From assembly GCF_030684315.1 (NCBI RefSeq), contig NC_081396.1, positions 5,580,001 through 5,644,000 of the forward strand: a stretch of DNA of 64,000 bases, written 5' to 3'. The first letter of the stretch is position 1. Each line of letters starts with the position of its first letter. The notes under the pieces are model-generated. The model saw only the letters and a program-made list of their open reading frames with translations, was not told where the DNA came from and did no database searches. Shown here piece by piece: positions 12,704 through 26,043 of the stretch. This DNA comes from Stegostoma tigrinum (taxonomy: Eukaryota). The position numbers were made by a program, and so were the translations under genes.

Positions 12704-13870
12704 ATTATTTCTCTGCCTGTCTCAACATTGACTTGTCTCTTCTCTTTGTCTCAATCTTGTCTGCTCTGGCGAAACTATCATTGCTTGTAATAGAATTCTT
12801 GCTGCAGTAAAATACAGGGCAATGAAGATTGGATAAATAATCGTGGGAGTGAACAAATCGTTTGACAAAGTTGAATAAACACAATCCAGAATCCACCCGC
12901 AGGCAGTGACAAAAACATGGAGAGATTTCACTTTGACATCACTTTGAAAGTTGATCCATCAACGTTATTTACGTTTGTATAAAATCTCTGAAACAATAAT
13001 GATCAACGGTCATAGCGACAGCGCCATAAAATTAAACTAATCATGCAGGGAATGCGAATATCAGGCAGACATGAGAGAAAGATAAAGCACGCAATGGTTT
13101 CTGAATTCTGAGACAAAGATTGAGGGAAATAAAGCAAGTAATGACGTCAAATAATAATTTCAGTTGTAACAAGGCCAATAACAAGTCTTCATGCAGTATT
13201 TAACCCAGTGCTGCAAGGTGAAAGTGAAGGGCGAGGGGGAGATACAGAGAGAGGGAGAGAGGGCTGGAGACGAATAGACACACACAGTCAAGGCAATTCC
13301 TTTGCTTTCTGGTTTGAAGCGGCCCGTGTTTTGAGACAGCCAATCCCTGACTGTGAAAATAAATGATGCTTGTTAATAACATTCTTTAATAATCTGTTGT
13401 TGAGAATATCACCAAACAGTGTTTCTCTATGAGGGACATGCAAAGCTCTCCCCTTAGCTCATCCATCGCCATCAGTGAAAGCCCTGGTTTCAACAACGAA
13501 TCCTGGTTTGGGATCAACAGACTGAATGATTAATGTTCTCTCCCACTTCATTCCCCTGAACAAAAAGTCTTGCAATCTCTTTTTGCCATTTGGGGCCCGA
13601 ATTCTCTTGACATTGTGGATTAATTATTCTGATCAGTCACCTTGTTTCACTTATTCTTGTACACCTTGTGATATTTGAATGTGGTTCCCTTAGCTGCAGC
13701 AGTTCAGTGCGTTGATCAGAGCCCACGGTATGACTAGATACTCTCTCTGGAAGGGTACGGGCTGAACTGCATTGTAACCTGTCTCATGGTACTGTGGATA
13801 CGATAGATTGGCACAGAAAAACACTGTCAGGGGCTCTAACATTTAATGACTCCATATGCAAGGGCAATAA
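12704..13870. repeat. Inverted duplication of ~9405-10565
   Basis: Paralogous ORF pairs on opposite strands: 9888+ vs 13200-, 10343+ vs 12705-. Includes a partial V relic at 13700-13870 (+). Confidence 0.9.
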
Positions 13871-13899
13871 AATGTCACGACACAGAATGTTCTCCTCCC

Positions 13900-14667
13900 A
13901 ACAAATTGTGAATCTCTGAATAGAATTTGGGTAATCGATGAACAGCAGCTTTGGAATGAGCAGTTAACTCCAAATGGAATCCGGGACATTCCAAAAGAAC
14001 CAAATGATTATTTGTTAAAATGTTACACTTTAAAAGGCCGATAGCATATTTACTCATTGATAACTCAGAAGTACAGACTTCTTGGGCGGGTTGTAAGAAG
14101 ATAGAATCTGCCTTTCGGATGTTCTAACTTCACAGAAATGCACAGATGATCAGAGCTTCGGGTCATTCCAGGAAATAGGGATCATTATGCCCAGTCTCTG
14201 ACAATCCAGAGACAAGAAAATCTCGGCATGACAATTCGAATTAGATCCATGTATTGAACTTTCTTATTAAGATAGGCAGTGAATACTTGTTCCTAATTCT
14301 CTTGAAATAAAAATGAAATAAGCTCACTCGTGTGGAAACAATGACGGAGCAATGAGACGACAGCCCAAAAGACTATTTTGCAATCTTCTGACAATATTCA
14401 CGCTACTGCTCCTTCGGATATTTCCAGAAGAACGTCAGAATAATACCAGTACACTGCGGAGTTGTTTGTGCAGTGGGGGTGGTGGGGTGGGGGGGGGGCA
14501 AGTCTTGAAAGGCATCCAATAACTTCTTTCGAGATGAAAGACTGACTGTTAATCGTGAGGTATTTATGGCCAAATGGAGAAGTAGGTCTCATCAATCATT
14601 CATCTCAGTTGCAGATTTTGATGAGCATTTCCAGCATTATCTTGCTGTTGTTATTGGTGTTGTTTTA
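13900..14667. repeat. Inverted duplication of ~17200-17945
   Basis: Reverse-complement match; ORFs 14555+ and 17199- share LWPNGE.GLINHSSQLQILM. Confidence 0.9.
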
Positions 14668-15411
14668 TGTTACAATATTTTCTATGACTTCCAGTAAAAT
14701 GTGTTCTGAGGAAAGGTCTCTGGACCCGCAATATTAACCCTACTTCCTTTCCACAGGTGCTGCCAATAAAAGTCACAAGCTCTCAAGCTTACCTTCTTTG
14801 AGGATGAAACTCAGGTTCTTCACCTAATGAAACTGTGCACTGCCTGCTGGACCACCTTTACTATGGTCACACTGTCCCTGTGTGTGAGTTGATCCTCATG
14901 TCAGTTTGGATCTTATTGTGTGCTGTTGCCTTTCTTCTGACCGAATTCAGAATGATTTCTTATCGTTGTTTGTGCAGTGTCATCTCTTCCCCAGCAGAGG
15001 ATAATGTATTAGGGCTGAACAGTGTTCACTGACAGGCTGACGTCGTACATCTGTAATCACAAGCAAGTTGCTAGGGACTGTAGGCACAGTGGGAGAAACG
15101 AACATGTGTAGAAATTCTAGAGAGACTGCAAATCCATCCATGCACGATAGAGACATCATTCCAAGTTACAAATACAAAGATCGCCAAACCGCATGGGAAA
15201 AGTTGTTGCGTATACCAAAAACGCACACGTCCAATGAACAATGAGAGAGGCAACAGCATAATGGTATTATCGTCGGACGATTAATCAAGGATTGAATCCT
15301 CCATGACAGGTGGTGGAGTTTTCATTCAGTAAAAAAAATCTGGAGTGCAGTGTCTATTGAAGTCAAAGAAACAATTGTTCAAATTGGAAACAAAAATTGG
15401 TTCACTGCCAC

Positions 15412-15935
15412 AGGCGTTTTGCGCTTTTCCATTCCCAGACCGCTCTGATTTTCTCCACTGGCCTCAGATTGGAGTCTTCTGCGAGCTTTATCGGGTATTA
15501 CAATATATTTGACAATCAGAGTGCTGGGCAGTTAAATCAGAATGAATGGGAGACAAATGGTCAAAATGCTGTGAATCCAGTCATATTCTTGCAATGTAAC
15601 TGACGTATGAAATATTAATATTATTTTGCAGAGCTGGGATACATAATTAATTATGTTGACAGGTTAATTAAAATAAAAGTAAAGGCATTTTAATGCAACT
15701 GAGTGTTGTGACGAATCCAATAAACAGCGCCACTTTCCATACAATGCAAAAGTTCACCTTCTGACAACTGATGGCCACAATTCAATCAATGATGAAAGCA
15801 AACATTAACTCGACTGAACAATCAACAGCAGTGTAGATTACGGCATCACGGAGAGTGCATACTGGAGTAATGAGCAACAAACTTGATGGGAAGCATATTC
15901 CAGCAATCTGGTTTCATAATACACCACTTACCGTG
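15412..15935 (-). pseudogene. GPR139-like GPCR pseudogene fragment (TM3-ICL3)
   Basis: ITPVCTLRDAVIYTAVDCSVELMFAFIID*IVAISCQK...YDWIHSILTICLPFILI*...ARRRLQSEASGENQ. Confidence 0.75.
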
Positions 15936-16170
15936 AGCATTGAGATTGGGCATTCACATTGTGTATGTGTGGGTTTCTTCTGGCTGCTCCATTTTCCTCC
16001 GATGCATCAGGTTAATTGGCCATGCTAAACTGTCTGATAGGGTCAAGAGACGATTAGGCTAGGTTGCTTAACAATGATGGGCGTTGGTTTACTGGAATAG
16101 GGCACGTGGTTCCTCAGAGGCCAAAAAGCACATTCAATGGCTCGAATGACCTCTATCTGCATTGCAGGTA
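15936..16170 (+). mobile_element. Degenerate tRNA-SINE remnant
   Basis: gtgggtttcttctggctgctccattttcctcc core; fuller copy at ~53060-53365. Confidence 0.6.
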
Positions 16171-18289
16171 ATAAGAATACTAATTAATCAATGACCCACA
16201 ACTGAGAGCAAAAATCATTGAAATCTACATCAACGGCTGGAAATAAAGGAGAGCAAGACATGATCGTAGTGACATTGACAAAATATTATGGCAAAATAGT
16301 CATGCTGAGAAATAAGGAAATAATCCAAATGAAATTGGAAAATTAAAAGAAAGCGGATTTTTTTTTGAGAATCCAAAGTTGCCTCATCTAACAAGCAACT
16401 GTAAAATTATTTGCTATTAGAAAGAATGATATCCAAATTGCGAAATGCACAAAGAATCACAATTGAAATATTGAGTTTGGGAAATTACGAATGGTTTCTG
16501 AAATCGTTCTTCTTGCACATCTGTGAGCAACGTAGTGCGAAATTGTATTACTTCATTCAATCATATGCATTTTAAATTACAAGATTTATGCTTTTTGGTG
16601 TTTGACATTGATCATATAAATGCGTGCATTTTTTTTCTGTGTACAATATTTCATTCCCACCAATTTGCAAGGAGGGGCCTGAAATAAATAAAAGGTTAAA
16701 AAAAATTAACCAAGCCAAACTGTTGCTAATTCTCCCGAGTAAGGCAAAAGGAAATTGCGTCCATTTAATGTATAGAAAAATATATAGAATCGAAAATAAA
16801 TTCCACAATCCAGTCTAATATTGCAGAGATATTCATGCCAAACATACTGCCACCACCACAAGGAAACAAGCTGATGCTGACAAAACTAGAAACTTGGAGC
16901 ACAATATTGAATTAGTTAAAGCAGAAAGAAAGAGCGAAAAAGATAGAAAGAGAGCGAGAGAGAACAGCAAAGAGAAAGAGTGAATGAGAAATTTCTAGCC
17001 AGATGAAGTTAGAAGAGAACAGTTACTGGCTCACAAATACCAACATAATCCCAAAAGCATTCTTCAGTTCTCCGTGTGGATAGGAAAAGTGCATCACAAT
17101 TTTCTCATGGGAATAACTGAGGAGATCACTGTTACAGAAAAGAAATCAATTGAATGGCACATGGGTAAGATTACACGAACAAATGTTCCAATTGCAAACT
17201 AAAACAACGCCATTAACAACAGCAAGATAATGCTGGAAATGATCATCAAAATCTGCAACTGAGATGAATGATTGATGAGACCTGCTTCTCCATTTGGCCA
17301 TAAATGCCTCACGATGAACAGTCGGTCTTTATTCTCCATAGAAGTATCTGGCTGCCTTTCATGCTGTTCCCCCACTGCACAAATGACTTTGTAATGTACT
17401 GGCAATGTTCTGACTTTCTTATGGGAACATCTGAAGGAGCAGTAGCGTGAATATTGTCAGAAGATTGCAAAATAGTCTTTTGGGCTGTCGTCTCATTGCT
17501 CCGTCATTGTTTCCAATTGAGTGAGATTATTTTGTTTTTATTTCAAGAGAATTAGGAACAAAGATTCACTGCCTATCTTAATAAGAAAATTCAATACATG
17601 GATCTAAATCGAATTGTCATGTTGAGATTTTCTTATCTCTGGATTGTCAGAGATTGGACACAATGATCCCTATTTCCTGGAATGACCCGATGCTCTGATT
17701 ATCTGTGCGTATCTGTGAAATTAGAACATCTGAAATGCAGATGCAATCTTCTTACAATCCGCCCAGGAAGCCTGTACTTCTGAGGTATCAATGAGTAAAT
17801 ATGCTATCGGCCTTTTAAAGTGAAACAGTTTAACAAATGCTCATTTGGTTCTTTTGGAATGTCTCGAATTCCATTTCGAGTTAACTGCTCATTCAAGCGC
17901 TGCTGTTCATCGATTACCCAAATTCTATTCATAGATTCACAATTTCTTAGTCTCAGGACAAGGCCATTCAGCAGCTTCGTGTCAATTTCATGAAATTTCC
18001 AGACACAACGTGTACATTTGTTCAAGGTATAATAGCCCAATGCCCTCCTGAATTAAGCCAGCCTCCAGCTCCTTCTAGGCTGTTCACCTCAAAATCGGAC
18101 GATACTTGGGTGAAAAAGCATTTATCACATTTATCTCACATTTCCTTCGTTTGCAAAATACCTTATCCCTGTCGTGTGTAGCTCTCAAACTTTAATGATT
18201 GGGAACAGTTTCTCCACTTCTGTTGTGCCCAAACATTTCTCCAAAAGTGGCGATTTTATGCTTCAGTTATGCAGGTTTTTTGAGGGGGA

Positions 18290-18840
18290 GTGTTGTGTGA
18301 GCACAATTGGCGTTCTATGTGCGGTACTACACACGTTATTTAAGAAGATTGCGAATCTAATGAAAGCAGTTCTTCGAGTTCCTACTGAATGAAGGCCTCG
18401 AATGGAGGACAGATTATTGAGGTCAGAATGGACACTTGAGGCTTGTCCATTAGAGGCTATCAGAGGAAGACTCCATTTGACAGACACATATAATACTTTC
18501 AGGGGGAGTTTGATCCCAAGTACATGGTAATAATGTTCTCTTTTGTTGGTGAACCTTGAGCTCAGGATCCCAACTTGATGATGCGGAGTCGAACAATTAA
18601 GACACAGATAAAGACTACTTCTTTTTTTCAAAGAGACGATAGTGAGTCATTGGAACTCTGTTTCTCAAAAGGCGTTATAGAAAAGATTGGGATAATTTAA
18701 AGCAGAGTGAGATACATTGCTGATCATTAAAAAATAGCACGAGTAGAATTTGGAGTCAATGCGAAAGTGAAGGAGTCTGATTGGCCTCGATTGTTTTGAA
18801 TGGTCGAGCAAACTTGAAGCATTGACTCGTGCTGTTAACC
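18290..18840 (+). mobile_element. CR1-type LINE ORF2 C-terminal fragment
   Basis: Degenerate match to the LEAVQRRFT..YEERL..LGL.SLE..R.RGDL region; paralog ~56190-56750. Confidence 0.7.
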
Positions 18841-19306
18841 TATGACTTCATAAGAGACAACAAGAAGGTTCGAAGGTGTCTGCATGCTCTCTTCTGGGGT
18901 ATTGACAATTCGACTGCGCTATCTCACATTTTAACGTGACTTTAAAAGGTTGCACTGATACTGGTTGATTGAGTCTGAGGAGACTTACCCCGATTGAAAG
19001 TTGGACCTGGTCGCATGTTTAGAGGAATATGAATGACTTTTTGGCAGTAATGGAATCCCAGCTCTTATCACTGAGTGCATGGTGGATAGAAGCCTCTGTT
19101 CATAGAACAGGTTCCAAACCCACCCACTGTACGTCAGACTGAGGTAGGAGGGGATTTCACATCGCATCAAGGACAGTGCCCTTTACAAATGATCGCAATC
19201 ATTCTGCTGTATTTCAGTCCCGCTCTGAGACCCTGTCCGAGAGCAGCTTTCATCTTTCATGATTTATAGTTCATATAAATCATGTGTCGGACAAACCAAT
19301 AGCAAA

Positions 19307-19767
19307 ATGGGACTCGTGCTTATCTTCACACTCTGTGCCTATTTACACCGTAAGTAGAGATCAAGCAACATAACATTGCGGGCAGTTTGTATGAATCTCC
19401 TGTGTCCATTAAAACAGCAGGCGTTGTGTTTGGTCCAGGTCACTTAAAGCCCATTAATGTATCACTCTTTAATTTTCAGGATCTTTCAGTCAGTCAGTGG
19501 TACAGACACCGCCAACGGTAGCCACGAAAGAGTGCCAGTCTCTCATCATCAACTGTGTTTTCTACGGTGGCTTCTTCCGTCGTCCTTTAACTGAAGGGAC
19601 TTTCTTCAAACAACGCCAGGCTGGATCAGAGTGGGAGCGGCTCTCGGCAGGGGGGAGATTTAATGTGAGGATAAATAAAGCAGAAAAGACATTTTCGCTG
19701 GAAATTCAGGATGTGAAAGTTGAAGACACCGCCACCTATTATTGCAAAGCAGAGTACGAATACAACA
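19307..19767 (+). CDS. NAR-TCR V segment (IgNAR-like), apparently functional; leader 19307-19349, V exon 19480-19767
   Basis: MGLVLIFTLCAYLH|gtaagt. SQSVVQTPPTVATKECQSLIINCVF...SEWERLSAGGRFNVRINKAEKTFSLEIQDVKVEDTATYYCKA: no CDR2, VNAR-like FR3, extra FR1 Cys. Confidence 0.95.
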
Positions 19768-19805
19768 CACAATGATGGGGCTCAGCTTCCCGTGACACAA
19801 AAAAT
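19768..19805 (+). promoter_or_regulatory. 22-bp-spacer RSS of NAR-TCR V
   Basis: cacaatg + 22 bp + acaaaaaat. Confidence 0.9.
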
Positions 19806-20121
19806 CTCTGTCTGTAAATTATCACAGAAACATGTGAAAATCCCAAGTCTATCTGCCCTGAACACCCCATACTTTCACCTCTCAATGCCACCTCCGCAGT
19901 CCTGTTTATATTAGAACCGGAACATCACTGTTGCTATCTTCAGTATCATAAATGCTGAGTAGTCTGATGGTGATGTCTTCTGTGGGATCGTTGTCAGTGT
20001 ATCAATGTTGGGAATAACTGATCCCAATCATTAGTCACTGATACTGGAAGGAATCCATTTCTGAAATTGGCACTGGAGCCACTGTTTAAACAAAGATTCC
20101 ACATCTGAGTAATATACCAGC

Positions 20122-20192
20122 TGATTTGGTGCTGACTGGAAACATTGTGTGATTTGGGGAATTTCACAGTGAATGAGAGCTGATCAAGTATC
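20122..20192 (+). other. NAR-TCR D segment (20150-20164) with 12/12 RSS
   Basis: tgatttggt-12-cattgtg | tgatttggggaattt | cacagtg-12-tcaagtatc. Confidence 0.9.
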
Positions 20193-20506
20193 ATGTACAA
20201 TTAAAATGCAGATTCTGTCGGCCTGTACCAAGTTGTGTGTTGGTAGAAATCCACACATTTGTTTAATTTTATTTATTTTTCTGACTTCTGTTACTGTTCG
20301 TTTACATTGTTCCCAATTTCTACAAAAAGGTCATCCCCTGCTCGTCTCCTTCGGTCATGTCGTGAAGATTTTAGAGTTTCTGCAAGAACAGCTTGAACTG
20401 ATGAGTTATATCAAATTTGGGAATAGAGTATACTGACACAAATCTCCGCGATAACGAAGCAGAGTCGACTAGTGATTTTTTTTTCCCAGGAAATTGGAGC
20501 GTGAGT

Positions 20507-20545
20507 AGTTTTTGCATTCGGGTGTCTGAGAATGGTGTCACTGTG
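20507..20545 (+). promoter_or_regulatory. 23-RSS 5' of NAR-TCR J
   Basis: agtttttgc + 23 bp + cactgtg. Confidence 0.9.
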
Positions 20546-20598
20546 TTGGTACTATGACACTGCAGATGGGTCCGGTTCAGAGGTGACTGTTACAGCTG
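20546..20598 (+). CDS. NAR-TCR J segment
   Basis: WYYDTADGSGSEVTVTA + g|gtaagt; NAR-type DGxG motif instead of F/WGxG. Confidence 0.92.
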
Positions 20599-21557
20599 GT
20601 AAGTGACTCCAAACTCGAATGTATTCGACACTCTCCAGGAAACCGGGTGCTTTCACTGTATTCCTTTGATCTATAGTCCTTCAACACAATTTCAACAAAG
20701 CAGTTTTCTAAGGAAGGCTTTAATTGTAATTTTAGATTTGAGAGCAGAATTAGCAGCATTAGTCAGATCTGTGATTGAAACTAGAGACAAGACAGAACAG
20801 GCTGTGTGATCCGATCTTGGATATCCTTGGCCCAAAGGGGGCATCAGATGATAAAACCAGCATCCCAGTCCCTCACGGTCATTCAATTTGAATTGTTTTC
20901 AATGGACTCAGTTTATAAAACATCTAACTCGCACTCACACGAGTTGAGTTGGACTTTCCCGTGAAAAAAGGAGCGCAGTCAAAGTGTTCTCTCCTGTACA
21001 AAGGATTTTGGTCTGAGCAATCAATGGGAATGAGGCACTGGGAAAGGCAATTTTGCTCTGCAGTAATTGATATGTGATCTGGAGGGACACAAAGTCTAGA
21101 AAATGACAGTTGGGCTTCTGAGATGATGGTTGGAATTCTGGTGGAATTTCATTTTGGGGCAGTCAGTGACTGAATTTAGTTTTATTTATCCCAACAGTTC
21201 TTTCAATTGCTTTAATAAAAACAATCATTTCCTTCCCTCCCTCCTTTTGACCAAAACGTGCTACTGCAGATACGCGACCCCTCGTGAATATTAATGCTCG
21301 AGAGAATGGTGCTGACTTTTCTTCTGCTGGGTTCTCGAATTTTGTGACAAAGTACAAACAGCCAAATTAGAAACTCATACAACCACGCTTTTCTTTCATT
21401 AACTATTGAATTGCTATAAAGCATACAGGCAACACAATATCTAACCATAATCTAGATAGCTGTCGTGTGTGATGAACTGGTTAGTTTTAGTCCAACAGGT
21501 CTTAGTCTTCTCTGAGTTTCGAATTCTGGGTCGCTGTTTTGTGATGGTCAGTTTCAA

Positions 21558-21794
21558 GATGCTGCTGGATTTGTCACTGTAGGTACTTCTGCTGTGCTTT
21601 TTTATATGTTTCTTTTCTGGTCTTCCATGTGTTCGATTTCATGCCTTTTTTGAACAAGACTCTCAGAGCGGTATGCTCATTTTTCTGACAGTCAAGTAAA
21701 CAGGAGATATATGTATCCATTGTTTGCCCGAACAGTCCAATTATGCAACTATGCAACTACAGATGCGCAATAAACGTGAACATGTATATATATA

Positions 21795-21865
<71 letters not shown>

Positions 21866-22098
21866 GTGTGTGTGTACATGTTCACGTTTATTGCGCATCT
21901 CTAGTTGCATAGTTGCATAATTGGTCTGAACAGGCAAACAATGGATAAATATGTTAACTTGACTGTCTCATAAATGAGATTACCGCTCTGAGAGTCTTGT
22001 TCAAAAAAGGCATGAAATCGAACACTCAGAAAGACTGGAAAAGAAACATATAAAAAAAGCACAGCAGAAGCACCTGCAGTGGCAAATCCAGCAGCATC
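21558..22098. repeat. Palindrome, ~225-bp arms around a (TA)/(TG)n microsatellite
   Basis: 21558-21786 is the reverse complement of 21875-22098; the loop is the microsatellite at ~21787-21874. Confidence 0.92.
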
Positions 22099-22100
22099 CA

Positions 22101-22365
22101 TATGAAACTCCACCAACCATTCCTTGATCCATCGAAACGTGTGATCACGGTCCCGTTGTGTTCTGACGTAAACTTTTTCTTTGTCTACTATATATGTACA
22201 TACATATGTATGAAATGAATGCAGACACAGGAGGCCTGGATAGTAAGATGGGAGGTGACACTAAAATTGGTAATGTCGTAGACAAAGAAAAGGTTTACCT
22301 CAGAACACAACGGGACCATGATCACACGTTTCGATGGATCAAGGAATGGCTGGTGGAGTTTCATA
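22101..22365. repeat. Second palindrome, ~88-bp arms
   Basis: 22101-22188 is the reverse complement of 22278-22365. Confidence 0.9.
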
Positions 22366-23160
22366 AAGATAAAAGTGACATTCCGCATTTTGGTATGGCA
22401 AATCACAGCAGGCTTATGCACCTAATTCTGAAGTCCTGCAGAGTCCGGCTGAACAAAGAGAACTTCGAATGCAGTTCGTGCTTCCTTGAAATTGAAGTCG
22501 GAATTAGACAGTGCAGTGAAGAAGGTGTTTCATATGTTTGCAGTTTTTGGTCGGTGCATTAAGTCTGGGAATTGAGGGGTCACATTGCAGCTGTACATGA
22601 TGTTGTTTCGGTCATTTTCGGAATACTGCGTTCAGCTATGCTCTCACTAATATAGAAAAGATGCTGTGAAATTTAAAAAGGTTCAGAAAAGACTTACATA
22701 GATGTTGCCAGGGTTGAGAGTTTGGAGTACAAGGAGAGGCTGAATAGGCTGAAGATAATTTCCATGGACCATCTGAGGTCGAAGGGCTACCAGACCGAGC
22801 TTTATAAAATCAAGAGAGGCATGGATAGGGTAAATAGTCAAGGTCTTATCCCCGGGGTAAGGGAGTGTAAAACCAGAGGATAAAGTTTGAAAGTAAGAGG
22901 GTAAAGATTTAGAAAGGACCTCAGGGACAAATGTTTCGCTCACAGGTTTAAACATGTGGGGAATGAACTGCCAGAATAAGTGGTGAAGCCTGGTGTGATG
23001 ACAACATTGAAAAGGCATAAGGACGGCTGTATTAACAGGTAGAGTTGAGACGAATATGGGACAAATGGTGGAAATTAGTAAGAGATTAATTTTGGACACC
23101 TAGTCGGAATGGACGGGTTGGAACAGAGAGTCTGCTTCCATGCTGTACATCTCTATGACA
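22210..23160 (+). mobile_element. 5'-truncated CR1-type LINE (RT C-terminus and 3' tail)
   Basis: GDTKIG, EYCVQL, MDRVNSQGL.PGV motifs and ctctatgac tail. Confidence 0.85.
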
Positions 23161-26043
23161 TCGAAGATCAACTGATCGGTGTGGGGTCACAGATATATAG
23201 AGGGGTACACTGGTTTGTATTACATAAATCAGAACTTAGAAAGAAAAACTACATTGACTTAATTAGAATGTGTGCAACACTTCAGGGATCTAATGAGGAA
23301 TCCACACTCTTTGCTAGATGTTTGAATTTGAAGGAGGTCAATGTGTTTGGAAAGCGCACGGAGCACAATGTGGAGAAAGATCAGCAGCCCTGATATTCCT
23401 CAATTTTATGGCCCTTTTTCAGAGAGGTATGGCCTCTCTTGTTCAGTATTTTTATACACTTTTGCACCATCAGCTTTGATTTGTTTTTATACTACTCAAT
23501 AAAGGGTTGCGCAGAATTAAACATCATTTAGAAGGTTTAACAGCTTCCTCTCGAAAGTCGGGCACTTTGAACAGCACCCATAGAAATCCTTGACCGTGGG
23601 CTAAAGGCCGAATGATATCAACGTGATGACATTGCTTCCTCCATATGTCGCTCTGGAATAAAGTGCTGTACAATACAAGTCAGCACCGACACAACTGACA
23701 GAAATATTCGGAGGAATGCATTTCTACACAAACAGGTCAGAATGTGGAGCTGCCTAACACGTGCAGTGTTTGGGCCAAGTGTCTGAATGTGGTGATGAAA
23801 TCATTTCAAAATAGAGAAGGAAAAGTGGAAGGAAATAGAAGGAAACAGGAATGAGGTCTAAATGAGTTGGTTACGATTCAGAATGGAGGAGGCATTTGCA
23901 GAGGACAAGAACAGGTGCAGACAATTGCACTCAATGGACTGTACGTGAACTGCAGATTCCAAAAGATGCAAATCTCAGAGAACACTTTGCCAGAAAACAT
24001 GGATAACAGTTCATCAATCCACCAAGGGACTTGAAATTTCAGACACCCTGACAACCTCGTTCTCCATAGCGGTGAAACCTCAGTGTAAATTGCACTGGCT
24101 GAGCCCAAACGCTAATTGTCTGGCTTCGGGATCAATTCACATAACGGAAAATAACAAAGAAATATCACAAAGTGTGAGGTATAGATTTTGAAACGAAAAT
24201 ACTTCAAAAGCACTCAGGAAAGTAAAATCGAGTGAGATTGCCTCCCTGATTTATGAAAAGGTACATAGTTGCAAAGGTAGACTGGAAGTACAGTGTGGTT
24301 ATAAAAATGTCGAATCAGTGCATAAAATAGAATTAGTATCATGGAGGTTACAAAATAATGCATACTGTTTAGTAAATTTTATTAAGAGGGACATTGAGGC
24401 AAAACTCAAATAAATTGCATAAATCCGTAGAACATGCTTTGACCCCAGAGAGAATTTTTTTTCAGGCATGCACAACGTCCTTTGGGGCGAAAGTGAAGAC
24501 ACAGAAGAGCATGCAAAATCGACAAGAATGATTACACAGCCCACAGAGGTCGGAGAGAAAGAGCTGAGGCGAAGAAGTTGGGATTATTTTTCTTCAAGAA
24601 TTGGAGTTTGAGAAAAAAAATGGACTCAGCATAAAGAATAATGCAGCAAAGGAACGGCCCCTCGGGTCCTCTAAGCTTCTGCTGATACGTTTTACGCTAA
24701 CATACTAAAACTGCCTTCACGCACAGGATCTGTATCTCTTTATTTCCTTCTTATTCATGTATTTGTTCAGGTGCTTTTTGCAATTCTGCTACAGTGTCTG
24801 CTTTCACCATCTCCTCTGGTAGCGCAATCCAGGCATTCTCCACCCTTTTTATGAAAAACGTGCCACATACCTTCCATTCTATCCATGCTATTCATCATCT
24901 TAAAAAATTGTCTGTGAATTCGCACCGTAGCCTTCAATTTTCCAATGAAAACAAACCTAACCCAGCTAAACTTTCTCCATAACTAATATCCCGCATACAA
25001 GGCAACGACTTGGTATACTGTTTGTATACCTGCTCCAAAGAGTTCACATCCTTTCTACTTAATTACCATATTCAAAATCATGAGGAGTCTGAACAGAACA
25101 GATAAAGTGAAATTGCTGCCATTGGTGGAAAGATCGTGAGCCAAAATGTATTCATGAACAGAACTGGTAATGGCTACTTCAGAAAAAGGACTTTCAAGGT
25201 GAATGGTTGTGATCTCGCATGCATTTCCACATCATAACAGCCCAGCATAGAAAGGCAAACTCGATCAAGGTGTTCAAGAGGATATTGGAAAATTACTTTA
25301 GAATGAAGAGTATTTAAGGCTGCTGGTAGAGAGTAGTAAATGGTAGTTAATGAATTTCTCATTCAGAAAGGCAGCATGTACATACCAGGCTGAATAGCCT
25401 TCTTCTGTGTTGTTACTGTTCTTTGACTCTCTTCCCTGATACTCTGACGTGCAAACACATACACCCCATCCAGGTCGATTACTGCGGATGAGTTTTATGA
25501 CGATTTGTTGGAACTTAGTGATGTAACACACCAGAGGTTTTCATCGGTAAAACAATTCTGGAAGCTGATCATCTTATTGAGGAGGAGAAAAACCGATTGA
25601 AATATTTTCCCAGATGTACATTTCACCAGAAATACACAAGAAGACTTTAACAAAATCAACGGAAGCAGACAGCACATCTGGTTATCACACTGTCCGTAGT
25701 GCAGTTGCAGATAATTAGAAAAGCAAGAAGTTTGTTTTCCGTTTCTGTTACGTTTGCCTGTTCCCATGGGTGTCATTCCCGGTTGTAGTGTGTTGCCAAT
25801 TATGGTTTGAGTTTTAGGCTAGATTCTGAACTCTCCTAACCCCTTCTGACATTTCAGCAAAATCATGGCGACTCCATGTCAACAACAAGAAATTGCAACA
25901 TTTCAACACTATTTCATTAATTGTGATAAAGACAATCCCAACACAGTCAAATTTACAAAAGTATCTTAGTATCAGAGGTGTTTACATGATTGCCAAGTTT
26001 CTGCTATAATCAGTACAAATAAACTTTTTTTTAAATTCCACAG

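Noticed and set aside
15700-15935. Possible minus-strand V with gtaagt donor and GAVYW end
   Set aside because: Translates much better as GPCR TM3-TM4 (ITPVC..DCSV..AISCQK).
20539-20585. Apparent second D segment (cactgtg...cactgca)
   Set aside because: It is the J coding region, with an open DGSGSEVTV frame and a splice donor; there is no downstream nonamer.
20692-21357. Possible constant-region exon after the NAR-TCR J
   Set aside because: No C1-set Cys/Trp pattern or splice sites on the plus strand, and frames differ between copies.
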